Positions 38,948-49,217 are shown, counted from the stretch's first letter. The stretch: 64,000 bases of DNA from an uncultured bacterium (GCA_964385615.1 CAYLPP010000010.1:21565-85564), one strand, 5' to 3'. The notes: generated by a model from the letters alone, not told the origin. Made by a program: numbers and translations.

Positions 38948-39006
38948 ATTCTTAACCCATTGAAATAAATAGACTTGTGAAAATTTATCTCTCGGGAGAG
39001 AAATTC

Positions 39007-39035
39007 ACTATACATCTAAAGAGAAAGGGTGTCAA
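39007..39035 (-). promoter_or_regulatory. Near-consensus sigma70-type promoter upstream of cysC
   Basis: On the minus strand the sequence reads TTGACA-17 nt-TATAGT. The ATG follows about 65 nt downstream, and the -35 element overlaps the tatC stop codon. Confidence 0.5.
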
Positions 39036-39760
39036 CGCTCCGCAGGAGGGGCCGCGCGACGCTTTTCAATGACTCCGCAGATCAAAAGAGACAGCTCAAA
39101 AAACACCCAGAGAGGGACCGCCAGCATTAGTTGGCTCACAGGATCCGGCGACGGCGTTAAAATCGCCGCCGCGACAAAAATCAGCACAATCATGATCTTT
39201 CTAGAGGCCTTAAGTGTCCGGGTTTGAATCAACCCCAACTTGACCAAGCCTATTAAGATGACAGGAAAATCAAAAAGGATCCCGAAGGCCAGCATCATGC
39301 CTGTTAAAAATGAGAAATAGGCCCCGATATCAAGGATCGGCTTGAGACTTTCAGTCTGAAAACTAAGCAAAAACTGAAGGCCCCACGGAATAACCAACGC
39401 ATACGAAAACGCGGCCCCAGTCAAAAACAAAACGGTGCTGATGGCAATCAGAGGTAAAACCCATTTTCTTTCCGCGGGATAAAGCCCCGGGGAAACAAAA
39501 AACCAAGCTTGCGCGAATAAAACAGGCGAAGAAAAAAAGAAGCCGGAGAAAGCTGCTGTTTTTAAGGCAACAAAAAAAGCCTCGTGAGGTTTTTGAAAAT
39601 AAAGAGAAGCATTTGTGAAATGACGCAGCGGCCAAGTTAAAAAATCGAGGAGGGGCCGTGAGAAAAAGTAAGAAACAAAGGAGGCTGCCCCAAAAACAAT
39701 CAGGCAGAGGATAAGGCGCTTTCGGAGCTCTTCGAGGTGAGAAGTCAGCTCAGAGGACAC
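39032..39760 (-). CDS. tatC: Sec-independent protein translocase TatC
   Basis: 242 aa with 6 TM segments and an N-terminus of HLEELRKRLI. Confidence 0.8.
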   Translation of the reverse strand: MSSELTSHLEELRKRLILCLIVFGAASFVSYFFSRPLLDFLTWPLRHFTNASLYFQKPHEAFFVALKTAAFSGFFFSSPVLFAQAWFFVSPGLYPAERKWVLPLIAISTVLFLTGAAFSYALVIPWGLQFLLSFQTESLKPILDIGAYFSFLTGMMLAFGILFDFPVILIGLVKLGLIQTRTLKASRKIMIVLIFVAAAILTPSPDPVSQLMLAVPLWVFFELSLLICGVIEKRRAAPPAER

Positions 39761-39765
39761 ACGTT

Positions 39766-40989
39766 TTAGGCCTGCGCGAAGACTTCGCGCGCCACAATTC
39801 CAACCACACCCAAAGCGACGGCATTTTCGCCGAAAGCCGACGGAATAATTTTAACCTGGGCGGCAGCTTCTTCAACCGACCATTCTTTGATGGAGCCTTT
39901 GATCGAATCTAAAAGCGGAGCCCCGCAGTCCTCAATACCGCCGCCGATCACGATAATTTCAGGATTCAAAAGATTGGTTAGAAACGCGGCTTTCTTACCG
40001 AGATCCTGCCCGGCCTGATCAACCACTTTTAAAGCCAAAGCGTCTTTTTCCTTAACTGCACGGACAATCTCCTTAAAAGTAAGCTTTGAAAGATCGCCTG
40101 AAACGTAATCCTTAAGAACGGATTTTTCACCGCTCTCGATAGCTTTTTGAGCGCGGCTAACCATTCCAATATCCATCCCCCAGCGTCCCAACTGAGGCGC
40201 GATAGCCTCAGAGTAATCACGGGGAGCTTTTCCGCTGGTAATACCAAGTTCACCGGCGGCACCTGTCGCCCCGCGGTAAATTTCACCATTGATCAAAATG
40301 CCGCAGCCGACACCGGAAAACATATAAAGCATATGCCGAACGTCTCGGTCTAACCCAAGCCACTTTTCGCCCAGAACCGCGGCGTTTGCGTCATTTTCAA
40401 CAAAAGTAGGAATGTTAAGCCTGCGTTCAAAAGTGTCCTTAATTGAAAGACACACGGAAAGGTCTTTCTCGCCCAATGTTTGGGGCCAGCGAATCGTACG
40501 TCCCCGCTCATCAATAATCCCAGGAACCCCGACGCCCACACCCACAATTTTCTCTTTATCGATTTCGGCCTTCTGAATAATTTCAGCCGCCATATCGACC
40601 ATGCTCTCAATCACATTCTCGGAATTTTCAGGCGGGCGTTCACGCTTTAACTCAACAATAACATTGATCTCCAAATCCACTAACACGCCAACAATACTAA
40701 ACATATTTAAGCCCACACCCACCATATAGCCGGCTTTTGCATTCAGCTCAACTAAAACGGGTTTACGGCCGCCGGTTGATTCATCCAGCTCGCCTTCAAT
40801 GACGAGGCCTTTTTTAATGTAGTGATTGACGTAATTGGAGACTGTTACGATATTAAGTTCGGTAATTTTGGAAATGTCGGTCCTTGAGATAGGTCCGTTT
40901 TTGCGGATAACCTCGAGAATCGCGAGGTTTTTGCGCTCTTTATCGGTAAGAATCCGGTCTTTCAAAAGGATTTGCTTGATCATGCTCAT
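39766..40989 (-). CDS. ROK-family transcriptional regulator (N-terminal wHTH plus sugar-kinase-like domain)
   Basis: NLAILEVIRKNGPISRTDISKITELNIVTVSNYV is the HTH region; the kinase-like domain has a GVGVGVPG glycine motif. 407 aa. Confidence 0.75.
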   Translation of the reverse strand: MSMIKQILLKDRILTDKERKNLAILEVIRKNGPISRTDISKITELNIVTVSNYVNHYIKKGLVIEGELDESTGGRKPVLVELNAKAGYMVGVGLNMFSIVGVLVDLEINVIVELKRERPPENSENVIESMVDMAAEIIQKAEIDKEKIVGVGVGVPGIIDERGRTIRWPQTLGEKDLSVCLSIKDTFERRLNIPTFVENDANAAVLGEKWLGLDRDVRHMLYMFSGVGCGILINGEIYRGATGAAGELGITSGKAPRDYSEAIAPQLGRWGMDIGMVSRAQKAIESGEKSVLKDYVSGDLSKLTFKEIVRAVKEKDALALKVVDQAGQDLGKKAAFLTNLLNPEIIVIGGGIEDCGAPLLDSIKGSIKEWSVEEAAAQVKIIPSAFGENAVALGVVGIVAREVFAQA

Positions 40990-41063
40990 AACCCAACGCG
41001 CTCCTTTTTTATCTGAAACCGCATCAATATTAAAGAATGGAAACTTATTTTAACTCTAAATAA

Positions 41064-41095
41064 ATGATTGTCAAACAACAAGTTAAAACAATCAT
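41064..41095. promoter_or_regulatory. Inverted repeat ATGATTGT-N16-ACAATCAT in the ROK-gene upstream region (candidate operator)
   Basis: Perfect 8-bp arms read from the sequence, in the intergenic region 5' of the ROK regulator. Confidence 0.35.
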
Positions 41096-41162
41096 AACAA
41101 CTTTAGAATACCTTTTTTTTGCGGGTGTTTCCCCTGCCTAAAAAGCACTTTTATAACCCGCG

Positions 41163-43190
41163 CTACTTTTCAAAGAAGTCTTCTTTAAGCAAATCCAGAG
41201 CCTTTTGCGTAATTTCGTCTTTCTGGAACCTTTTTTGGATGGAACCCTTTTGCAGATAATTGGTTAGAGCAATTAATGTCATTCCTTGATCCAGCGCTAG
41301 ATATTGAGGGTTAGCCTTTTGCTGTTTAAGGTCATACGAGTCATATAAACCGTACTCTCCATAGATAGCGAGCTCCAAGAGCCTGCGAATGTTGCTTATA
41401 GCATCCTTGGGAAGGATATTAAGCGCTAAAAAGGTCACATGCGGAGTTACAACCCCTGCATCCGGATACCCTTTAGCGCTCATGGCTTTAATTCCATATT
41501 CTCTGTAAGACCAACGGCGCCCGTCAGAAGTAGCTGCAGGTGAAATGCCCCAGACGGGATATTTTTTATCCGCTAACGCATAATCTCTCTGAATCTCAAC
41601 CGCCCTACGATCATTAAGACCTAATCCTTTCGGAGCCAAAGCCGGTTCATCCAGAACTAATGTAGGCATCAAGAACTCGAATAAAGACCCGCCCCAACTA
41701 GGCACAAACTTCTTTCCCTTATAGTCATAGTACCCCTGAAAATAATTCGCTTTCCCGTCAGGGGTTTCTTTTTCAATCCCCTTTGGAGTCTGTGTCTGCC
41801 AAGTCCAGGCATCGGGAGGTGTTCTAAAAAGAGACCACCAATGATTCCTCGGAATATCTCCTTTCCCGATCGCGTAAAAACTGGCAATGCGCGCCTCTGA
41901 AACCAGCATGCCGTAATGGTGTACATCCCGGTCAGCTTTGTAAGGAAGTTCAATACCGATCATTAATTGGTTGGTTTCCGGATCGAGAAATTCATTGAAT
42001 GAGAAGCTTTTGATAAATTCCGTCGCCTGTTCGGCTATTTTTCCGGGAAAAGCCTGCCGTAAAACCACAAAGGCGACCGCGATCCATCCGCTGTCCACGG
42101 AAGAAATATATTCACGAGTTACCGAAAGCTTTTTTGTATCATAAAAATTATAGAAGAATCCTTTATACCGGCGCATTTCTTCAAGGGTCTTGAAGGTTCC
42201 TAAAACACGCTCTTCCGCTTGGTCTTTTGATAAAAATCCCAAATCCATTGCCGCTACCGTCGCGATAAGATCCATCGCGATATTCGTCGGAGAGGTGTAA
42301 TCCGCGGCAAGCGACGAATCCCCGGTTCTGATGTGATCTACAACCAGCCCGGTATCTTTATCGCGCGCGTTTTCAAAATATTTCCACGTATCCCGGGCCA
42401 AAGCCTTAAGAAGCTCCGCGTCTTTCATTTTAAGGAGCTGGTTTTTGCGGTTTGAATCAAAAACAACTTTGGGGAAACCTTTTAAATTATCCCGGAGAGA
42501 TTCAAAAAAAACGTCGTTAAAACCAAAAAAAGCGATTTCGTCTATCCAGACATCGCCAAAAATCTCTTTCGTTCCCGCTTTAATCTCAAAAGCAATCGAA
42601 AAAAGCTGGTCTAGATCCAGAAGTTTGAAGCGGGACATAGGGATCAAAACATTGCGCCAGCCGTCTCCGTTAGGCGGGCAAAGGACCGTGACATCCTGAG
42701 TGACTGTTTTATGTTTCCAGTCAGTAAGTGAGACGCGAAGCCGGCCGCTAAAAACCTTTTCTTTACTGCTGCCCAGTTTCATTTTCATGACCAGATATTG
42801 AGCTTGAGAAACATCTACGCGCTCCAGAAAACTTTCCACCCGGGCTTTTTCACGGGGCAGCAAATGAAAGTTGGCGCGCATGGAATACCCGCGATGCTGA
42901 CTCCGCGCGTCGTCTTTGTCCAAAGAGAGTTCGACAGATTCGTTAGGCCCCCGGGTCCGCCAGGAAGCCCCGCGGCGGTTCAGAAATTTTCCTGAATTAA
43001 AGTCATCAATCAGAATAAATTGAGGCGAAGTCAACAAAGACCGCCCTTCAGGAACGGCTTCGTAAACTTTAAAGGATTGTTTTTCAGAATTGCTTTCGGC
43101 AAAAGCGGACGGTAAAGCGCGAAAAAGGAGGAGGGAAAAGCTAAATAAGAGAAGTTTTAAAAAAACCTGGGAGAAATTAGATGATTTCAA
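41163..43190 (-). CDS. Secreted glucoamylase-like (alpha/alpha)6-barrel glycoside hydrolase (DUF3131 / endo-beta-1,2-glucanase-like)
   Basis: The C-terminal roughly 430 aa resemble the glucoamylase-like DUF3131/GH144 fold, recalled from memory. A probable TTG start at 43190 gives a signal peptide KSSNFSQVFLKLLLFSFSLLLFRALPSAFA. The ORF-track start at 43334 would overlap the upstream gene. Confidence 0.4.
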   Translation of the reverse strand: MKSSNFSQVFLKLLLFSFSLLLFRALPSAFAESNSEKQSFKVYEAVPEGRSLLTSPQFILIDDFNSGKFLNRRGASWRTRGPNESVELSLDKDDARSQHRGYSMRANFHLLPREKARVESFLERVDVSQAQYLVMKMKLGSSKEKVFSGRLRVSLTDWKHKTVTQDVTVLCPPNGDGWRNVLIPMSRFKLLDLDQLFSIAFEIKAGTKEIFGDVWIDEIAFFGFNDVFFESLRDNLKGFPKVVFDSNRKNQLLKMKDAELLKALARDTWKYFENARDKDTGLVVDHIRTGDSSLAADYTSPTNIAMDLIATVAAMDLGFLSKDQAEERVLGTFKTLEEMRRYKGFFYNFYDTKKLSVTREYISSVDSGWIAVAFVVLRQAFPGKIAEQATEFIKSFSFNEFLDPETNQLMIGIELPYKADRDVHHYGMLVSEARIASFYAIGKGDIPRNHWWSLFRTPPDAWTWQTQTPKGIEKETPDGKANYFQGYYDYKGKKFVPSWGGSLFEFLMPTLVLDEPALAPKGLGLNDRRAVEIQRDYALADKKYPVWGISPAATSDGRRWSYREYGIKAMSAKGYPDAGVVTPHVTFLALNILPKDAISNIRRLLELAIYGEYGLYDSYDLKQQKANPQYLALDQGMTLIALTNYLQKGSIQKRFQKDEITQKALDLLKEDFFEK

Positions 43191-43254
43191 AGGGTGTTGG
43201 TACCGGTTCTGATCAGAAAATTTTGAGCAGAACCGGTACCGTAACTGCAACCGC

Positions 43255-45714
43255 TTACCCCAACGTAACCTTGACGTGATGTTCCTTGCCGTCCTTGAAC
43301 GCAGGAACAATAGTGCCGGAAATTTTCTTTCCATCCACGATCACTTCGGTCACGCCCTGACCTTTTCCGTTCTTGTTGACACATTCGACAAGATAAGTCG
43401 CGCCGCGGAAAAGTCTCTTAGCTTTGAATCCAGGCCATTTCTTGGGAATAACAGGATCCATCAAGAGACCTTCTTTAACGGGACGAAGGCCGAGCATCCA
43501 GTTCAGAACAACGACTGCGTACCACGCGCCGGAACCCGTGTACCAGGTCCAGCCGCCGCGTCCGTTGAACGGAGAATCGGGACCATCGACGTTACCCGGC
43601 GTCACATACGGTTCGCAGGCATACGTGTCGGGTTCGAGTCCGCGCTGAGCGGGATTGAAGCTCTTGTAAACTTCATACGCACGATCGCCGTCGCGCATGA
43701 TGCACTCAGCCTGAATGGCCCAGGTGCCGGCATGCGTGTAAAGTCCGCCGTTTTCACGAACGGAAGGCGCGTAACGCGTAATGTAACCGACGGTAGGATC
43801 GGTCACGGAATATCCAGGAGTGAAAAGAAGCGGTCCGTATTTCTTATAAAGAATCTTACGGATCGATTCCATGGCCTGCTTGCCGCGTTCCGGAGTCGCA
43901 GAACCGCAGATCACAGCCCAGGTCTGAGCGTTCAAAAAGATACGGCCCTGTTTGCAGTCTTTGCTGCCCAGGATCTCGCCATTATCTTTAGTCGCGCGCC
44001 AGTACCATTCTCCGTCCCAGCAATGTTTGTTCACGGCATCTTTAAGAGCCTGCGCGCGCTTGGCGTAGTTCTGCGCGCGAGACTTGTCGCCGCGCTGTTC
44101 ACAAATGGGCGCAAACCGGGTCAAAATCCCATAAAGGAAATGCGCAAGCCAGACCGTTTCACCCTTCCATTTGATGCCCACGTGAGAAAGACCGTCGTTC
44201 CAGTCGCATTCACCAATCAGCGGAAGACCGCGGTCAGAGAAACGAGTGAAGACTTTGTCGATCGAACGGCAAAGATGATCATACAAAGAACCCTCGGTTA
44301 CTTCTTTGGTCTTCGGATCAGGAAGGAACTTAGCCTTAATATCCAAAATCCCGTAGTCATTGGTTTCATCCAGATAATTCAGCGTGATGAAATCAAGCCA
44401 CAGAAGGTCGTCGGAGCAATGAGTAATCGCTCCCATGCTGGTTCCGTGGTGCCACCAGTGGTAAACCGTTCCGTCCGGGAACTGTTGTTCGGCGTGCAAA
44501 AGAATCTGCTTTTTCGCAAGCTCAGGCTTGGTCGAAAAGAAAATCTGGCAGTCCTGCAGCTGATCGCGGTAACCGAAACCGCCGGAAGACTGATAGTACG
44601 CGCAACGAGCCCAAAGGCGCGCTGAAATCGCCTGATACTTCATCCATGTATTGGTCATGAAGTTTAGTGATTCATCCGGAGTTTCAACGTTAGTCGCATT
44701 GACGAACGTGTCCCACATCGCCTTGACCTTGGAAAGTTCCTGGTCAGCGGCTTTGGGGTTGGAGTATTTCTTGATGATTTGCGCGGCGTGTTCCTTAGAG
44801 TTCGGAGACCCGAGCAGGAAAACAACCGTCTGCTCGCCCTTTGGCGCAAGCTCAACATCAACTTGCAAACTGCCGGCGGCATCGCCCCACTTACCTTCGG
44901 AATTTTTCGACTTGCCGTCAATCAGCACCTGCGGAGCGTGCGGATCGTTGTACATGCCGAGGAAAGATTCCTTATAGCCGTCAAAACCAACCGGCTTGGG
45001 AAACGAAGCGTGAAAACCCTGAAGCGGCTTTTCCACCATACCGGTCGAAATGAAACCGGGAACCAACGGAGCGCGCTTAAGACCGTAGAGCATTCCGTTT
45101 TTCTTATCGAAAGACGTTTCGATAAAGGTTTTGTGGAATTCACGGTGAGTGTCAGCCCAGTTGCCAAGAAGCCAGTCGAAGTAAGTGAAAACGCTGAGTT
45201 TGCGTTTTTTATTCGATTCGTTCTTGAGTTTAATTTTCCAAATTTCAACCGGTTCTTCAGTATCAACGAAAACGGTTTTTTCCGTCGTGACATCGTTGAG
45301 GCGGCTGGTGAGAACTGAGTAGCCCTGGCCGTGACGAACTTCGAAGAAGTCAAACTTCGGCATCATCGGTTTCCAGGTAGCCGACCAGAATTTCTTGGTT
45401 TCATTATCGCGGATATAAATGTATTTGCCCCAGCTATCGCGGATAAGATCCTGGTCCCAGCGGGTCACGCGGGAAAGGTTCGAGTTATCACGCCATGAAA
45501 AACCGGAACCCGTCTGGGTTTCAGTCATGCCGTAATCGCCATTGCAGATCACATTGACCCACGGGCGCGGCGTATCGGGGCGCGTAATCACAAACTCACG
45601 GCCATCCGCGGTAAAATAACCGTATTTATTTTCGAACTTACGTTCGGTTTTTGTGACTGCCTTCATTGAGGGACCTGCCTGTTTCGATTTTTTGAGGGTT
45701 GCTGTTTTTGCCAT
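43255..45714 (-). CDS. GH94 glycoside phosphorylase (cellobiose/beta-glucan phosphorylase-like)
   Basis: 819 aa. The N-terminus YGYFTADGREFVITRPDTPRPWVNV, the GGFGYRDQLQD motif and the ECDWNDGL catalytic region are GH94 signatures, and the size matches cellobiose-phosphorylase-type members. Confidence 0.8.
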   Translation of the reverse strand: MAKTATLKKSKQAGPSMKAVTKTERKFENKYGYFTADGREFVITRPDTPRPWVNVICNGDYGMTETQTGSGFSWRDNSNLSRVTRWDQDLIRDSWGKYIYIRDNETKKFWSATWKPMMPKFDFFEVRHGQGYSVLTSRLNDVTTEKTVFVDTEEPVEIWKIKLKNESNKKRKLSVFTYFDWLLGNWADTHREFHKTFIETSFDKKNGMLYGLKRAPLVPGFISTGMVEKPLQGFHASFPKPVGFDGYKESFLGMYNDPHAPQVLIDGKSKNSEGKWGDAAGSLQVDVELAPKGEQTVVFLLGSPNSKEHAAQIIKKYSNPKAADQELSKVKAMWDTFVNATNVETPDESLNFMTNTWMKYQAISARLWARCAYYQSSGGFGYRDQLQDCQIFFSTKPELAKKQILLHAEQQFPDGTVYHWWHHGTSMGAITHCSDDLLWLDFITLNYLDETNDYGILDIKAKFLPDPKTKEVTEGSLYDHLCRSIDKVFTRFSDRGLPLIGECDWNDGLSHVGIKWKGETVWLAHFLYGILTRFAPICEQRGDKSRAQNYAKRAQALKDAVNKHCWDGEWYWRATKDNGEILGSKDCKQGRIFLNAQTWAVICGSATPERGKQAMESIRKILYKKYGPLLFTPGYSVTDPTVGYITRYAPSVRENGGLYTHAGTWAIQAECIMRDGDRAYEVYKSFNPAQRGLEPDTYACEPYVTPGNVDGPDSPFNGRGGWTWYTGSGAWYAVVVLNWMLGLRPVKEGLLMDPVIPKKWPGFKAKRLFRGATYLVECVNKNGKGQGVTEVIVDGKKISGTIVPAFKDGKEHHVKVTLG

Positions 45715-45760
45715 TTTAACTTCGTCCTTTCAGGATTTTGAGGTGAATGATTTCAAAAAT

Positions 45761-47056
45761 TTATTTTTCGCCCGAACGCAAAAGCTGGTTCATCTCAGGC
45801 GTTAACTGCTGGGCAACTTCCGCCGCGGTCTTCTTGCCGTTAAACACAAGATCCAACTGCGGTTTCAAATATTTTTCTTCGATTTCGCGCCAAAGCGGAT
45901 GAAACGGGCTGAACACAATATGCTTAACCGCCTCATTCAGCATTTTTTTATTCGCGGGAGGTTCCGCGCTCGCAGCCCAAGCCGGCCCTGAAGCCACATC
46001 CATGCGGGAAGGCTGAGCGAGACCGCGTTCCGCAAGTTTAGTCTGCCCGGAAGCGCTGGTTAGAGCCTGAATTACCTGCCAGGCTTCTTCTTTATGTTTG
46101 GAAGATTTCAAAATAGCGTAGCCGGAGCCGCCGGAACCAAAAGCGCGCACGCCTTCGTTATTTTTCGGGAACATAGCTACGTCCCATTTAAAGGTATAAT
46201 TACGAAGTCCCGGGGTTTCCCAAATACCGGAAAGAAACATCGCGAGTCTTCCGCTGGCAAACATCAGATCAACGCCCATCCCCATATTAGAAAGGGCTAC
46301 CGGAGTCGGCATGACTTTATAGAGGTTAATTAAATCAGAATAAAACTGAAGGCCTTGGATTGTTTTAGGATCATCCAGGGTAACGCGTGTAGGATTCTTA
46401 ACATTGTCTACCAGCGATCCCCCGTTACCATAAACAAAATCCTGCCAAGCCCATCCATAAAAACCATATTGGATCGTACGCCCGCTCGCGTCCTGCTTGG
46501 TTAAAGCGCGCGCATCACGGAGTAGATCATCCCAAGTCCATTCATCTTTAGGATATTCAAGCTGTGCTTCATCAAATAATTCTTTGTTATAAAAAACACA
46601 GGCGAACGGCGCGACATCGCGCGGAACTGCGTAAACTTTTCCATCCACCGTAAAACGGTCGAGAATAGTAGGAAAAAAATCATTTTTCGTAATGCCTGAA
46701 GACGGCTGAAAATACGGGGTCAAATCTTCAAGAACATTCTTGGTCGCGAACGTCACGAAGTAGTCAACTTCGGTGGCGATAATATCCGGAGCCGCTCCGC
46801 CGGCAACACGGGTTAGGATTTTGCTGTCATACCCCGTATAAGGCGTGTGCTCAAAAATAATTTTGATATTGGGATGCGTGGTCTGCCAATCCTTGATGGA
46901 ATTGGTAATAATATCAATTTCTTCAGGGCTTCCCCAGAAAGCGATTTTAATGGGAATGGTCCCGTCTTTATCCTGAGTGTTACCGCAGCCGGTAACATTC
47001 AGCATTATAAAAACCGTCAAAAAAGTGGCGAAAAATTTCCTCAAAATTGTTTTCAT
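45761..47056 (-). CDS. ABC-transporter sugar-binding lipoprotein (SBP family 1), orphan
   Basis: Lipoprotein signal (...LNVTGC) and family-1 SBP features; 431 aa. No permease or ATPase genes are adjacent. Confidence 0.7.
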   Translation of the reverse strand: MKTILRKFFATFLTVFIMLNVTGCGNTQDKDGTIPIKIAFWGSPEEIDIITNSIKDWQTTHPNIKIIFEHTPYTGYDSKILTRVAGGAAPDIIATEVDYFVTFATKNVLEDLTPYFQPSSGITKNDFFPTILDRFTVDGKVYAVPRDVAPFACVFYNKELFDEAQLEYPKDEWTWDDLLRDARALTKQDASGRTIQYGFYGWAWQDFVYGNGGSLVDNVKNPTRVTLDDPKTIQGLQFYSDLINLYKVMPTPVALSNMGMGVDLMFASGRLAMFLSGIWETPGLRNYTFKWDVAMFPKNNEGVRAFGSGGSGYAILKSSKHKEEAWQVIQALTSASGQTKLAERGLAQPSRMDVASGPAWAASAEPPANKKMLNEAVKHIVFSPFHPLWREIEEKYLKPQLDLVFNGKKTAAEVAQQLTPEMNQLLRSGEK

Positions 47057-47174
47057 TTTTTGGATTTCCGGATTGTTAGAAGGAGGTTCTTCTCTAATGG
47101 TCTCTGCGGAAAATTTGAAAAATTATAACACAGCACTCAAGGCTGTCAACAAATGGAAACCTTGATTAAAGATT

Positions 47175-48083
47175 TCAAGACCCCTTAGGAAGACCTGTCT
47201 GTTCCAAAATTCGGTCAAGGTCATCTAAGGAGAAATAACGAATCTCAACTCGCCCCTCTTTTTGGTTCTTTTTGGGGTAAATTTTAACTTCTGTGCCAAA
47301 ATGTCTCGATAGACGCGCCTCTAAGTCCACAATTTCAGGGCGTAAGTGCCGAGCTGTCTTGGCTTTGCGTTTATGGGCGTTACTACGGCCAACAATCGCC
47401 TCTACCTGACGAACTGAGAGATTCTCCTGAACGATACGACGGGCCATCTGCCTTTGATGCTCTGGAGTCATAAGCCCTAAAATAGCGCGAGCGTGCCCCG
47501 CGGAAAGCTGGCCGGAAGCTAAATAGATCTGAACTTCATCCGGAAGACGCAGTAACCGCAAGGTATTGGTTACGGTTGAACGCTCTTTACCCACCCTTTT
47601 AGCAATTTCTTCCTGAGAAAGCATTCTTTCTTCGGCCAACCGCCGGTAAGCCTCCGCCTCTTCAATGGCATTCAAATCCTGGCGCTGAATATTTTCAATC
47701 AATGCCCATTCCAGGAAATCATCCTGAGCTAAATCTTTGACCACCGCCGGTACTTCCGTTAATCCGCAAACGGTAGCCGCACGAAAACGGCGCTCTCCGC
47801 AGATAAGCATATATTGGTTTTCGCCTTTTTTTGTCACAATAACAGGCTGTAAAATCCCCTTCTCTTTAATGGAAGCCGCTAAATCACGGATTGCTTCATC
47901 TGAAAATTCTTTCCGTGGTTGATCCACGTTTGGAATAATTTGAGACAGAGGAATCATTTGAAACCCGCCGCTCGAAACAACTTTCGCCCGGACACCTGAA
48001 ACGGCAGTTTCTTTTTGAGATTCTTTTACATAATTATCTGGTATTAAAGAACTTAGGCCTTTGCCTAAAGCTTTCTTAATCAT
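47175..48083 (-). CDS. parB: Chromosome partitioning protein ParB (Spo0J)
   Basis: GERRFRAA / HTH region and a ParB N-terminal domain; 302 aa. It overlaps parA. Confidence 0.88.
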   Translation of the reverse strand: MIKKALGKGLSSLIPDNYVKESQKETAVSGVRAKVVSSGGFQMIPLSQIIPNVDQPRKEFSDEAIRDLAASIKEKGILQPVIVTKKGENQYMLICGERRFRAATVCGLTEVPAVVKDLAQDDFLEWALIENIQRQDLNAIEEAEAYRRLAEERMLSQEEIAKRVGKERSTVTNTLRLLRLPDEVQIYLASGQLSAGHARAILGLMTPEHQRQMARRIVQENLSVRQVEAIVGRSNAHKRKAKTARHLRPEIVDLEARLSRHFGTEVKIYPKKNQKEGRVEIRYFSLDDLDRILEQTGLPKGS

Positions 48084-48922
48084 ACATTCTCCTCGATTTT
48101 GGCAGCGGATTCAGAATTTTGGGACGGTGCCGTTTCCGATAATTTTTCGGGCGCATGGGAACTGAAACGATTGGCAAATTCTTCCGCGATTAAAACATAA
48201 TTTTTTGAGCCGCGATTAGAAGGGTCATAAAAAACAGCTGGCTTTCCAAAGCTAGGCGCCTCAGAAAGCTTCACGGATCTAGGAATGATACTTTCAAATA
48301 CTTTTTCTTTAAAATACCCTTTAACCTCCTCAATAACTTGCTGGGTTAAATTGGTCCTGAAATCAGCCATTGTTAATAAAACTCCGCCGATTTCCAACTC
48401 TGGTTTCAAATTTTGCTTTACCAACTGAAATGTATTTAAGAGCTGCCCAAGTCCCTCGAGCGCATAGTATTCACATTGAAGCGGAATAATAAGAAAGTCA
48501 CTCGAGGTTAACGCGTTAATCGTCACAAGCCCTAAAGACGGCGGACAATCCAAGAAGATAAAATCAAAATTTTCAGCAATTTCCGTAAGCCTCTCTTTAA
48601 GCCTGTATTCGCGTTTCTCGCGATTCACAAGCTCCAAGTCAGCTCCGGAAAGGTCCATATTTGAAGGGATTAGGAAAATATTCTCAAACTGAGTTTTTCG
48701 AACAAGATCGGCGGCATTTGAGTTTTCCACAATCAGTTGATAACTTGTGGATTCTATAGAAGGCTTTTCTTCGCCAAGCCCGCTGGTAGCATTTCCCTGA
48801 GAATCTAAATCGATAATCAAAATTTTGAAACCTTGTTTTGATAAAGAAGCCGCAATATTAATAACAGAGGTTGTTTTACCAACCCCCCCTTTTTGATTAC
48901 AGAAAGCGAAGACTTTTTTCAT
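48080..48922 (-). CDS. parA: Chromosome partitioning ATPase ParA (Soj)
   Basis: FCNQKGGVGKTTSVINIA deviant Walker A; 280 aa. Confidence 0.88.
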   Translation of the reverse strand: MKKVFAFCNQKGGVGKTTSVINIAASLSKQGFKILIIDLDSQGNATSGLGEEKPSIESTSYQLIVENSNAADLVRKTQFENIFLIPSNMDLSGADLELVNREKREYRLKERLTEIAENFDFIFLDCPPSLGLVTINALTSSDFLIIPLQCEYYALEGLGQLLNTFQLVKQNLKPELEIGGVLLTMADFRTNLTQQVIEEVKGYFKEKVFESIIPRSVKLSEAPSFGKPAVFYDPSNRGSKNYVLIAEEFANRFSSHAPEKLSETAPSQNSESAAKIEENV

Positions 48923-48992
48923 TAGGAATCCTCTAGATGAAATTCCGCATTATACGCACAATGGCCTTGAAACGAATCTCTCCGGATACTCT

Positions 48993-49008
48993 TTGTTCCA
49001 CGTGAAAC
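48993..49008. promoter_or_regulatory. parS centromere site
   Basis: TGTTCCACGTGAAACA is a 16/16 match to the canonical parS palindrome. Confidence 0.75.
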
Positions 49009-49153
49009 ATAAACTGTTTTTTAGTCTGTTCTACGCCGAAGGCGTTGGAGTTTCCTTAAGATTGCGCCCGATTATATCAAGGATTTTGCACGTTTAAATA
49101 GTTTTGTTCTTAATTTATCGATCAGCAGGGGAGATTAATTGAGGGGGGAATTT

Positions 49154-49169
49154 CGTTTCACGTGGAACA
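49154..49169. promoter_or_regulatory. Second parS site (15/16 match)
   Basis: CGTTTCACGTGGAACA is the reverse complement of TGTTCCACGTGAAACG. It lies 160 bp from the first site, between parA and mnmG. Confidence 0.65.
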
Positions 49170-49217
49170 TTTTAAAAATATGAGTGTAACTGTAATAATT
49201 AAATATGTTTACATAAA

